64,000 nucleotides of DNA from Macrostomum lignano. Its lineage: Eukaryota. The notes beneath the pieces are model-generated. The model worked only from the letters and a program-made list of their open reading frames with translations, made no database searches and was not told the DNA's origin. Shown piece after piece: positions 10,419 to 20,529 of this stretch. Position numbers and translations under genes: made by a program. Location: positions 1 to 64,000 of the forward strand of contig NIVC01001130.1 of NCBI GenBank assembly GCA_002269645.1, given 5' to 3'. Numbering within the stretch: the stretch's first letter is position 1; every line of letters begins with the position of its first letter.

Positions 10419-10733
10419 TGTCGCGACTTTCCTAGTCATTTCTTAGTTCACCTTCAATTGTCTCTGTTTACTCCGTTTTCTCTCTCTGTCTAGCTCAATC
10501 TTGTTATTCTTATCTCTCTCTCCCTTGCTGCGTTCTGATTGGCTCTCCGTTCTCGCCTCTTTCCTCAGTCGCGCACTCCACCCCCTCTCTTTATTATTCT
10601 GGGCTCAACCCCCCAAAGTTAAATGTTCTATAAATATATCGGTTTGGGCCCTGCGCCCACTTACTGCTCCTCCTGCTCCTTCAATTTAACTCCAATTAAA
10701 TAGTCTGTAGTTTAGTTTAGTATTTTTTCTACA
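10419..10733. mobile_element. Solo LTR (315 bp) of an unrelated family inserted in the 3' UTR
   Basis: TGT...ACA termini; 5-bp TSD TAGTA (10414-10418 and 10734-10738); empty site at ~39040; related sequence at 59147-59314. Confidence 0.85.
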
Positions 10734-10837
10734 TAGTAAGGGTTAATACTGTCCGCGTATATCTACAGTAATGTTCAGTAAATGCATCTGGCCGCATGTA
10801 CACGTACGCCTGCCCGCCGAATGCGCCGCCGAGACGT

Positions 10838-11518
10838 TCAGCCGAAGCTTCAGCCGAAGGAGGGTGCCGATCTGCTGTGCGGTTCGCACAGCTAGGCACG
10901 CCACTGCCCAGTACAACGGCTGAAACCGTACGAAGCGAGGGTCCTCCGTCCGCTCCAGCAGCTGTAAGTAGGCGTCGACGGCGGTGAGACCGGGCTGATA
11001 TCTCGCCAGGTCTCTTGCTATGTCAAGCAAATGCCGCCACGCCGCCTGATGCTGGAGCGGCCACGGCCATGACCGTACGGCGATCGCCAGCTGCTCCAAG
11101 GTCATGTGATCCGGGTCGGTGAGTGACAGCTCCGGCACTACCGCCATAGTAGCCAGCAGCAGCGCCGTGGAGTACATCACCGGCTCCATACACACGGTGC
11201 ACGTTTGAATATCTCGTGCACCGCACCTATGGAGGCAGCCTTCACAGACCCAGTGCCGACTTGCACAGATTTGGTACCGGGGCAGATTTGGTACGGGGAG
11301 CGCCACGAGTAACAATAGGCGCACTGCGTCAGACTACTACATAGGGGGCAGCTTTGCCAGGGTTGGATATGATGCGCGTCACACAAGCACGTTCCGCATA
11401 TGCGATGATTATTTATACAAATGGTTGGTGGTTTTATATGCAGGTCATCTTCCAAACAGACAGGGCATTCATAGAGTTGCCTTGGCTGGGTCGCCAGTCT
11501 AGACTGTGCATTGCCCAT
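10838..11518 (-). pseudogene. Deleted RING cassette: RING-A N-half joined out of frame to RING-B C-half
   Basis: MGNAQSR...CAYCYSWR joined to YQICASRHWVC...TEDPRF; duplicated filler at the junction (~11265-11300). Confidence 0.8.
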
Positions 11519-11665
11519 AGTCGTTAGCCAAGCGTCAGTTGCAGTTATAAAGTCGATTGTAGAGTTCGCTTGTGGAGTCGCTCGGATTAGTCGCCTCTTA
11601 CGACAAGCTTGCGAAGCTGTAGAGCTATTCTGACCCGGTCTCTACACGGGTTTGTTCTCGAAACT

Positions 11666-12168
11666 TTAGCGTGTTCGTAGGTTGTAGCCGTGCGGCTGGC
11701 TCACGTCTGTCGTTTGAGTCCCCTCGTGCTTCGTCGCGATGTGGCGGTTCGTTGAACGCGTGCGATCAGCGTTGTCTAGTGTCGGTAGAAACGTCGCTGT
11801 GTCAGTGTTGATCTTCTTTAGTCGATGAATGTGTACGTAGAACTGGTACTGATGTGGATCTTGTACATTAGCCAGGCGTACCGTTGTTGGTGACGTTAGT
11901 TGGACCACTCGATAGGGTCCTTTGTACTTCTGTGCATGTTTGTGCGTCTGCTGTGGCGGGTAGTGTAGGTAGACGATATCACCGGCCGTCAGGGTTGTTG
12001 ATATCGCGTCGTTGCCGGTGGTCAGAGCCACCTGGTTGTCAATATTGTGCTTGGCGATCTTCCATGCGAGGTGTAGTTGCGTGACGAATTTTTGAATGGA
12101 AGTCGGTACTTCCACGTACTGCGATGGTAGTAGTTGCTATGCCAATAGGTTTGGCGGCTGGAAGTCTC
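11666..12168 (-). pseudogene. Integrase C-terminal remnant truncated by an LTR
   Basis: KYKGPYRVV...HGYNLRTR-stop. Confidence 0.88.
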
Positions 12169-13042
12169 TGATGTGATCCTTATTACCCGACTTTCGATAA
12201 TCAAGGAACAATCACTTCTAGCTCAGTAGCTAGGCAACCCAGTAAGTCAACAGAAGGTATTCAATTACCTTGAGTCCTTGGAGATATCTCTTCGTTGTTG
12301 TTCTCGTGTAGATCTCGTGGTCTTCAATAGACAAGTTGACTTTCGATTGTAGATCGGGTCCGAATTTTCGTTTCTTCTTCTAGTATTTCCGGCCGGATTC
12401 TAACGCTCGGACCAATGGTAAGCTTCCGAATTAACAATGGGTACCCTGCGCCGAACTGCGGTCTGAATTAAGCCTTCTTCATCTAGTAGTGCCTCTCTGC
12501 ACTCTAGGTATGGCTCCGGAAACCACTGATAGTCCTCTAAGATCTATCAGGGGCAGTCCTTCTGGAGACTGCAACCAATGGAGTCTAAACAGACTCAAAA
12601 GTCTCAACAGACTCAAAAGTCTCAACAGACTCAAATAGACTCAAGTCTCAATAGACTTGAGCGAGACGTCTCTAACACAACAGGCGCAAATCAGGAAAGC
12701 TTACCGCAACAACTCGACCGAGTCTCGATTGACTTGGTGATCAGGGAGTCCTCCTAAGGCTTCCTCTTCGGAGCGCTCCTCTTCCGTGGGGAGAATGGCT
12801 CCGGTACCGCTTCAGATCGCTTGTATTTATAGGCAACTTTTTGTTCCAAAATAGCATCATTACAATTCTCGTGTTGCGCTAAAAGGGGAAAATGGCTCAT
12901 GGCGTATTATTCTGGTAACATCTTTTTCTGGTAGCGTGATTCATTCAAAGCTTAGACGCACATGCGTGTACTTACTTACTTATAGTAGTATTATACGATT
13001 ATCTTCTTTTTTCTGTTTTTGCGGGAGGCAGAACACTCTACA
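12169..13042 (-). repeat. LTR type I (874 bp), 3' LTR of copy 2
   Basis: TG...CA termini; PPT adjacent. Confidence 0.92.
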
Positions 13043-13285
13043 AAACCTCCCTTTTTTACGAAAAAACTCGTCCCGAGTTTTACCAATGAAATAAAAATCT
13101 TGGGTAATTGAATTATTCTACACTTTAACTTTTAAATTGGTTACATAATTCTCTTTATTAACATATTTGCACGTAATATACATTGTGTGTTAATAAAGGT
13201 TAGTGGTGTTGAGTCCGCGCTCAGTTAAAGTTAATCATATCTTCTGCCGGGGATACCTGCTGTCCTCGCGCTGCTGCCGAGGCAT

Positions 13286-13917
13286 TCAGCCGAAGCTTGT
13301 CCTGAGCAGGCTGCTCACCTGATGCGTGGTTCGCGCCACCAGGGATGCCACTGCCCTGTACAGCGACTGAAACATAGTGAATCGCGGATTCTCGGTCCGC
13401 TCCAGCAAAAGCAGATAGGCCTCTATGGTCGTAAGCGGTTCTGCTGTACGCACCATAGTCCTGGCGATGTCTAGTAACCACCGCCAGTCGGCCTGATGCT
13501 GAAGCGGCCATGGCCACGATCTTACGGCGACGGCCAGCTGTTCCAGGGTTAGCTCATCCGGCTCCGCCAGCGTTAGCTCCGGTACGGCGAGCATCGGCGC
13601 CAGTAGTACGGATGCTGTGTTGGACAGCGGAGCCAGGCACACGGTGCACGTCATGATGTCTCGTGCACCGTACCGCTGAAGACAGCTGAAACACACCCAA
13701 TGCCGATTTGAACAGAGTCGTACATTGGGCTGGTCGCCGCAAAGGGCACATTGGACCCGCGGTCTGCGACAGACGGGGCAGGCGGTAAGGATCGTCACGT
13801 CGCCAATTTCTCGCGCCCGTTCGTCGCAGGGGAAGCACACCTGGTGCCCCCATTCACAAGTCGGGAGCATCGGCTCCGTGCCTCGAGGCAGCAAGGACAG
13901 GTATCCATCTCGGTCAT
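13286..13917 (-). pseudogene. RING-B with a 1-nt deletion near the start
   Basis: ORF 13286-13894 has both RINGs; ATG at 13917 is out of frame (GGCTCCGTG vs GGCTCCCGTG in copy 1). Confidence 0.82.
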
Positions 13918-13987
13918 CTGTGGGCGATAGGTATAGGTATAGTTAGAACGATTGAGGATTATTCAAGATACGTAACAAGCATATGTT

Positions 13988-14656
13988 CTATCGGTGAGAC
14001 CTAAAAAGCCAAATAAAATAGCTACGTGAGAGCACTAATCGTTTAAGCGCGTGGCAGTATACGTGTAGCGTCCAGTGAAATGATTCATGGTCATGCAAAA
14101 ACTGCCGCAAATGTCGCTCAATCTCCAAGGGTGACATATGACGCAAAAATCCTTGATTTCTATGAGCATATAATAGTAGTTGTCGTCGCGAACGCTGAAA
14201 GAAGCGAGGTACTGGCCAAAACTCCAGCCGTCGTTCGATATTCATAGCGGTTAAGGTGTGCATAGTGTAAACGGATAAACAACGCGCTGGGTCAGGTATA
14301 ATACGACACCATTTCTTAAAAGTGCTTTCGCGGGGCATACTGTTACATAAGGGGCATCCTATAATGCCCCTACTAGCGGTTTGCTTCAAACAGTGCATGC
14401 AAATAAAATTTTGGTGGTTACAATATTGAAACGTGCGCCAAGAATAACAATAGGCGCATTGTCGCAAACTACCTCTACAGAGGGGACAATTCTGCCATGG
14501 CTGAATATAATGAGAATTGCTTAAACATTGTCCGCAAACTTTATGTTCGTTGATGCAAATAGTCGGTGGCTTGACAGCCAAGTCATCAGTTAAACATATC
14601 GGGCAGTCATATAGCTGCTGAGGTTGGGGCGCCTGTTTCGACAGTGCGTTGCCCAT
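13988..14656 (-). CDS. RING-A, intact (222 aa)
   Basis: MGNALSK; two C3HC4 RINGs; nearly identical to 2768-3436. Confidence 0.88.
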   Translation of the reverse strand: MGNALSKQAPQPQQLYDCPICLTDDLAVKPPTICINEHKVCGQCLSNSHYIQPWQNCPLCRGSLRQCAYCYSWRTFQYCNHQNFICMHCLKQTASRGIIGCPLCNSMPRESTFKKWCRIIPDPARCLSVYTMHTLTAMNIERRLEFWPVPRFFQRSRRQLLLYAHRNQGFLRHMSPLEIERHLRQFLHDHESFHWTLHVYCHALKRLVLSRSYFIWLFRSHR

Positions 14657-14776
14657 AATTGTCGTCAATTTGTCGCTGTCTTTGTGTCGCTCGGATTAGT
14701 CGCCTTTTACGACAAGCTTGCGAAGCTGTAGTGCTATTCTTTATCCCGGTCACTACACGGGGTTGTTCTCGAAACT

Positions 14777-17460
14777 CTAGCGTGGTGGTAGGTTGTAGCC
14801 GTGCGGCTGGCTCACGTCTGTCGTTTGAGTCTCCTCGTGCTTCGTCGCGATGTGGCGGTTCGTTGATCGCGTGCGATCAGCGTTGTCTAATGTCGGTAGA
14901 AACGTCGCGGTGTCAGTGTTGATCTTCTTTAGTCGATGAATGTGTACGTAGAACTGGTGCTGATGTGGATCTTGTACATTAGCCAGGCGTGCCGTTGTCG
15001 GTGACGTTAGTTGGACCACTCGATAGGGTCCTTTATACTTCTGTGCATGTTTGTGCGTCTGCTGCGGCGGGTAGTGTAGTAAACGATGTCGCCGGCCGTC
15101 AGGGTTGTCGATCTCGCGTCGTTGCCGGTGGTCAGAGCCACCTGGTTGTCAATGTTGTGCTTGGCGATCTTCCATGCAAGGTGTAGTTGCGGGACGAATT
15201 TTTGAATGGAAGTCGGTACTTCCACGTACTGCGATGGTAGCAATTGCTGTGCGAGCAGATTCGGCGGTTGGAAGTCTCGTCCAAACATTAGGAAGAATGG
15301 CGTATTGTCCGTTGATCGATGAATAGCGCTGTTGTAGGCCATTGTTACAGATTGCAGGTAGATGATCCAGTCTTCCGGCTGTTGGTGCGCGAAATGTGTA
15401 ATCATCTCGTGCAGGTTGCGGTGAAACCGTTCAACCATGTTTGCCTTCGGATTTTAGGTCGATGTGTAGATCTGCGTAATGTTGAGAATCTTCACAACTT
15501 GCTGAAATAGTTAAGACGTAAAGTGCGATCCGTTGTCCGAGGTGAGGTTCTTCGGCGTGCCGTACTTGCAAATGATTTCGTTGAAGAAACTCATTGCTAT
15601 TGTCTGAGCTGTGATGTCCGGTATCGGTATGGCGATAGCAAACTTCGAGAAGATGTCCAAGGCGGTTAGGATGTAGGTGTAGGCGATGCCCTTGAGACAG
15701 CTCGGTGGCAGTGGTCCGGTGATGTCGATGCTTAGACAGTCCATTGTAGTCGACTTCGGAATGGACTGTAGCTGCGGTTTCTGTCGTCGTCCTGTCTTTG
15801 ATGCAGCACATGAATGGCAGTTGTTGCAATACTGCTTGATGTCGCCGTACATAGTTGGCCAAAAGTAGTATTGTTCCACTCTCGCGATGGTCTTTGCGGC
15901 CGACAGGTGTCCAGCGAGTGGGTTGTCGTGCAGCTCGTTGAGAATTGCTTGCCGAAACGAATATGGTACGTAGATCTTAGGTTTATTGTCGCTCATCCAG
16001 TAGAGCCGTGACTTATTGATTGTTAGGTGTTGTCGTTGCTTGCGTAGGAATTTTCGTTCCATGGGACTGAGTTTGATGTTCTTGTCGTCGTCTTTAACCG
16101 CTTGGTAGAAGTTGTCGCGCTCGGTTTCATCCACCAACTCCTTGATGTTAGGGATTGGATGAATGGCGTTGACTTCATAGGCTCTTGACAGGGCGTCCGC
16201 GGCTTTGTTGGTAATTCCTGGTTTGTAGACGAGTTTGTAGTTGTAATCCTGGATCTTGAGTGTCATCCTGATGAGTCGGTTGTTGGTCTGTCCTTTTGTA
16301 GTTACGACGTAGGTCAATGGTGCATGATCCGTGCGTACTATCGTCTGTATTGGAGAACCATAGATGTAGTAATGAAACTGTCGCAGGGCGAACAAGACTC
16401 CTAGTAGCTCTCGTTCCGTAGCTGACCACTTTGTTTCATTTGGTTTGAGTGCTCGACTGACGTAAGCAATAGGTCGTTCCTTCTTGTCCTCGGTTTCCTG
16501 TAGTAGGACTGCTCCGAGTCCCGTTCCTGAGGCGTCTGTCTCGATGATGAAGGGCTTGTCGAAGTCCGGATGCTGTAGCAGTGCGTCTGATGTCAGCTGT
16601 CGTTTGATTTCGTCGAAACTTTCCTGTTGTCTCTGTGTCCAGTTGTCTTGCTTCCATTTGTCGAACTTGAGCAGGTCGTACAGTGGCTTTGCTGTCTTTG
16701 CGAAGTTAGGTAAGAACTTCCTGAAGTATTGCGCAAGTCCAAGGAATGATTGGACCTTCGTTATACTGGTTGGCGTAGGAAACTTCTTCACCTTTTCCAC
16801 GTTGTCTGGGTCCGGTGAGATTCCTTTGGCTGTCACCTGATGTCCCAGGTAACGCACGTTGTCTCGGAAGAATTTGCATTTAGTTGGTTGTAGCTTCAGA
16901 CCTTGGCGTTGAATGAGCGCTAGGGCCTTCTCCGTAGCTTCGTAGAGTCGCTCGAAATCCTCTCCGTAGGCTAAAATGTCGTCGACATAGTGCAGCAGGT
17001 TCGTGCATCCTGCTAGCATGTATGCTGTGAGTCGACTCATCGTTGCTGGGCTGTTGCTAAGTCCCATCGGCGATCGGTTGTACTCATAGACTTGTCCATT
17101 GTAGGTCTTGAAAGCCGTGTACTGTCGTGACTCTTTCTCAATTTCAATTTGCCAAAATCCATGACGTAGGTCGAACACTGTGAACAATTTTGCCGTGTTG
17201 AGCTTTGCTAGTAGTTCGGAGATCTTCGGTAGGCTCTGCTGATCCGTCGGTATGTACTTGTTCAACAGTCTGAAGTCGCATACGAGTCGTCTTTCGTTTG
17301 TCTCCTTCTTCTGTACCAGTAGGCACGGTGAGGAGTAAGCCGAAATAGCTTTGCTGATGATGCCGTGCTTTAGCATTTTATCGATGATTTCGTCAAAGTG
17401 TTGTTGCAGATGCTTGGCGATCGGGTACGGCTTGCACTGAATTGGTTCCGTGTGCGTAGA
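14777..17460 (-). pseudogene. pol: pol (RT-RNase H-IN) of copy 2, disrupted
   Basis: YVDD; ETDASG...ERELL...RTDH; H-H-CxxC; SIDITGP/SDNG/VERFH; stop at 15511, frameshifts near 15080 and 17455. Confidence 0.93.
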
Positions 17461-20400
17461 AGCTTGATTTCCTGTTTAATGTCTTTAGCTCGTCCGATGT
17501 CGTAATCATGATGGCAGAAAGCTTCGTTGTACTTCCACAACAGTTGTCGAACTTTCTTCTTTTGTTGTTCCGTAATCGGGCTGTCGTCCAGGTTGATTTT
17601 CTTTTGGAAATCTTCCTCCGTTATTCGTGGAGCCACGTGCTCAATCAGCATAACTGATGCCTGAGTGTTGAGATGACCGATGCACATTCCTTGTCGTAGA
17701 TGAACCATTTCCGCGTTCGGGTTGAAGATTTGTACTGGCAGCTGTTTATCTTTTGCAACCAGCACTAGTGCCGTAGGCATCATGATTTGATGTTTCGCCG
17801 TGACTCTTCTGTGCGGATCAAATATCATTGCTTCATCTGCCGCGCTGGTCGCTTTCGCTCTGACCCAGCATGCGCTTTCAGGCTGGATGATGACATCCTG
17901 CTGCAGAGTTACTTTCGGTAGTACTCGAATCTGATTGATCAGTGGTTGCTCCACCGTGTCGATCCTAAATGTTTGCTTGTTGAAGTCGAAGGTCAATGGT
18001 AGTCGAAGCTGTTTGAACGTGTCTATTCCAACGATGACGTCTTGGTTTGGTAGTCTGTCGATGATGTACGTCGGGACCGTCAGCTGTTTATTAGCAATTT
18101 TCAAGTCAATATCTGCTTTTCCTAGGATGTTGAGCGAATGTCCTCCTGCTCCTGCAACTGCGATTGCTGCTGGTCGTACCGCGAGTCGTAGCTTGTTGCA
18201 TAATTGTTGCGAGATGACTGTGATCGAGCTGCCTGAATCCAGTAGTGCTCGACATGGCAAGTTGTTGACAATGACCTGAGCCATTGCTTTGCCAATCTCG
18301 GCGTGTAGCGTGCAGACGTAGTTTTCCGGCCATTTTGGCTCGTGTTGTTCAGGCTGATAAGTAGGTGGCTGAATTCTCGGTGCTGTTGGTGTTGTCGGAA
18401 TCGATGGATACATACATCGATGGATGGGTGCATCCTCTGTCAATTCCAAGTTGTTGTCTTCTTCCCTTGGTATCTTCTGCATGATGGCGTTCACTGTTCG
18501 TTTCGCTGTGGGACAAGTGTTGCTGAAGCATCGTACTATAGACGAGATGATAAAGATCGCCGTAACTATCCATACCACACAGGCGCTGTAGAAGATGAAT
18601 CCTTGATATAGACTGCCTCTTCCGTTAAGCAGCTCCAAGAAGCTGTTTGTCCAAAACGATTGGATGGCGTTGTCCATCGATACAAGGACCGGGAAAGTGC
18701 GTGTTCCCGTTCCTTTATTCTTTCGTGTGAAGAGTTGACGAATCATCTTCCGTTGAGTGATGAACGCTTGCAAGAAGTCGTTGATGGTCCATCCTGGTGT
18801 TATTTCATCGAGTTGGATATCGGCGAATGGCGTGTACTTCGTTCTGTTGAACCGTATCTTCAGATCGTCCATATCGTACGTTTCATCGACAATCACCTCT
18901 GGTTCTGTGATGTTCGCTGTCGTTCCTGTCGTTTTAATGACATGTAGTGCATCGTCCAGTTGATAGTAGTTTGCTGCAGTGGTGCAAGGTCTTGGTATTG
19001 CGGTGCCAACGATGATGTTGTGTACCGTGTCCAAGAATCCTTGTATTCTTTTGCCTTCGTAGAATGCCTCAATTCTCGGCTTGTCGTAGCAAGTTGTTGA
19101 AGTGTTCGACGGTAAGATGTTGAAGTGCTGTATCGGCGTACACTTGTATATCAGGAGATGTCCATATATCGGAATTGCCAGAACCTCTCTCATTCCCGTG
19201 ATCTTGCGAAATGTCATCGTAGGGTTGACATAGTAGTTCTGTCTTGCGTAGTTCAAGTTGATTGCGTGCATTTTGCAAGTTAGCTGAACCAGTGACCGGT
19301 GTAAGTGGTTTAGCTGGTTATGCAGGTTGTGATCCAGCGCAGTGATCTTTGCTGACAGTAGTCGGTTCGACACCAGTCGTGGACGTTCTATGTCGCGTCG
19401 TTGCCTTTCTTGTTGTTGATACGTTCCGTTTATGATCGCCAGGAAGGTTCGTTTGTCGTCATCCTTTACATAGACTGGTATTTCTTGCTCCGAAATGAAT
19501 AGCGTCTTGTCCGTATTCTTGCATTTGAGTTTCTGTTCGACCGGCTTCTTTTGGAACGTCAAGGCCAAGTCTCCTGCTTTTGCCAAAAACGTATTCGACA
19601 GTAGTCCTCCTTCCACTGTGTGATACTTTTGAAGCTTGCAGTCAATTTCCGGCTCAACTTCCCATGCGAAGAAATATTGTCGTGACTTGTACGGTTCCTC
19701 ATAGTGTGATTGTGCTCTGTGCTCAATCTGCCATCGATAGTCTTGATGATATGTTGGACTCAGTGGTAGACTGTGTAGTTCTTCCTTCCGTAGAATTGGT
19801 GTTGGACACCAGCCTTCACTGTATCGACATTCGCTTAGTTGCAGCTGTAACGATTCCATTTTCTCGTACGGATTGTAGTAGAATGGAATATTTCTGATCA
19901 AGTAGCTGTTGCGTGCCATATATTCTTTCCATTTTCCGAAGAAGTGAATATATCGACCGTTGGCTGAATTCTTTGTTCTGAACAGCTGTGCGTTGCCGAC
20001 CTTCTCGTCGGGTTCCAATTCACCATCCTTTGAAAATAGTGTTTGGTTCCATTGTAGGCATTCCGCGTGTGACACATGTAGCTCATGTTGTTTAAATCGG
20101 ATCCGGTTCCATTGTCCGCGCCAAACTTTCTCCACCAGGTGCTTGTCTCTGAAGCACACTATTCCGTGTTGTCGATGCTTTTTGATGTTAGCCTTGTAGA
20201 GATCAAGTGTAATCTTCTTTGGTTTTGTCTGGTTTGTCTTGAAGTAGCTGCATTTGATGTCGGTTGGTATCTTGTAAATCATCGGTTGGATATGCGCATC
20301 CGTTGGACAGATCATTGGCTTTTCCGTTGCCGTTGCTTTGGCGACTACTGCTATCAGTAGTATCATGATGATCCAGTATAGCCAGTTTTTCCACTTCTTG

Positions 20401-20486
20401 GACCTTGCCGTTGTCTTTGCTGGCATTGGCCGCGATTGCCATTCGTTATCCTCCATGTCCGCATCGTATTCTTTCGGTTGTTCCAT
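17370..20486 (-). CDS. env: Signal peptide - gB-like Env ectodomain - TM - late-domain tail - aspartic protease - RT start, one open frame (1038 aa)
   Basis: Hydrophobic leader ~20327-20385; N-glycan sequons NQT/NGT/NTS/NIT/NRT; RQRR furin site 19395-19406; TM ~18534-18602; LLDSGSS. Confidence 0.88.
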   Translation of the reverse strand: MEQPKEYDADMEDNEWQSRPMPAKTTARSKKWKNWLYWIIMILLIAVVAKATATEKPMICPTDAHIQPMIYKIPTDIKCSYFKTNQTKPKKITLDLYKANIKKHRQHGIVCFRDKHLVEKVWRGQWNRIRFKQHELHVSHAECLQWNQTLFSKDGELEPDEKVGNAQLFRTKNSANGRYIHFFGKWKEYMARNSYLIRNIPFYYNPYEKMESLQLQLSECRYSEGWCPTPILRKEELHSLPLSPTYHQDYRWQIEHRAQSHYEEPYKSRQYFFAWEVEPEIDCKLQKYHTVEGGLLSNTFLAKAGDLALTFQKKPVEQKLKCKNTDKTLFISEQEIPVYVKDDDKRTFLAIINGTYQQQERQRRDIERPRLVSNRLLSAKITALDHNLHNQLNHLHRSLVQLTCKMHAINLNYARQNYYVNPTMTFRKITGMREVLAIPIYGHLLIYKCTPIQHFNILPSNTSTTCYDKPRIEAFYEGKRIQGFLDTVHNIIVGTAIPRPCTTAANYYQLDDALHVIKTTGTTANITEPEVIVDETYDMDDLKIRFNRTKYTPFADIQLDEITPGWTINDFLQAFITQRKMIRQLFTRKNKGTGTRTFPVLVSMDNAIQSFWTNSFLELLNGRGSLYQGFIFYSACVVWIVTAIFIISSIVRCFSNTCPTAKRTVNAIMQKIPREEDNNLELTEDAPIHRCMYPSIPTTPTAPRIQPPTYQPEQHEPKWPENYVCTLHAEIGKAMAQVIVNNLPCRALLDSGSSITVISQQLCNKLRLAVRPAAIAVAGAGGHSLNILGKADIDLKIANKQLTVPTYIIDRLPNQDVIVGIDTFKQLRLPLTFDFNKQTFRIDTVEQPLINQIRVLPKVTLQQDVIIQPESACWVRAKATSAADEAMIFDPHRRVTAKHQIMMPTALVLVAKDKQLPVQIFNPNAEMVHLRQGMCIGHLNTQASVMLIEHVAPRITEEDFQKKINLDDSPITEQQKKKVRQLLWKYNEAFCHHDYDIGRAKDIKQEIKLLRTRNQFSASRTRSPSICNNTLTKSSIKC

Positions 20487-20529
20487 TGGCTGATTCAGGC
20501 GGAAGGCTTCTGATTCGCTTTGCTTTTTG

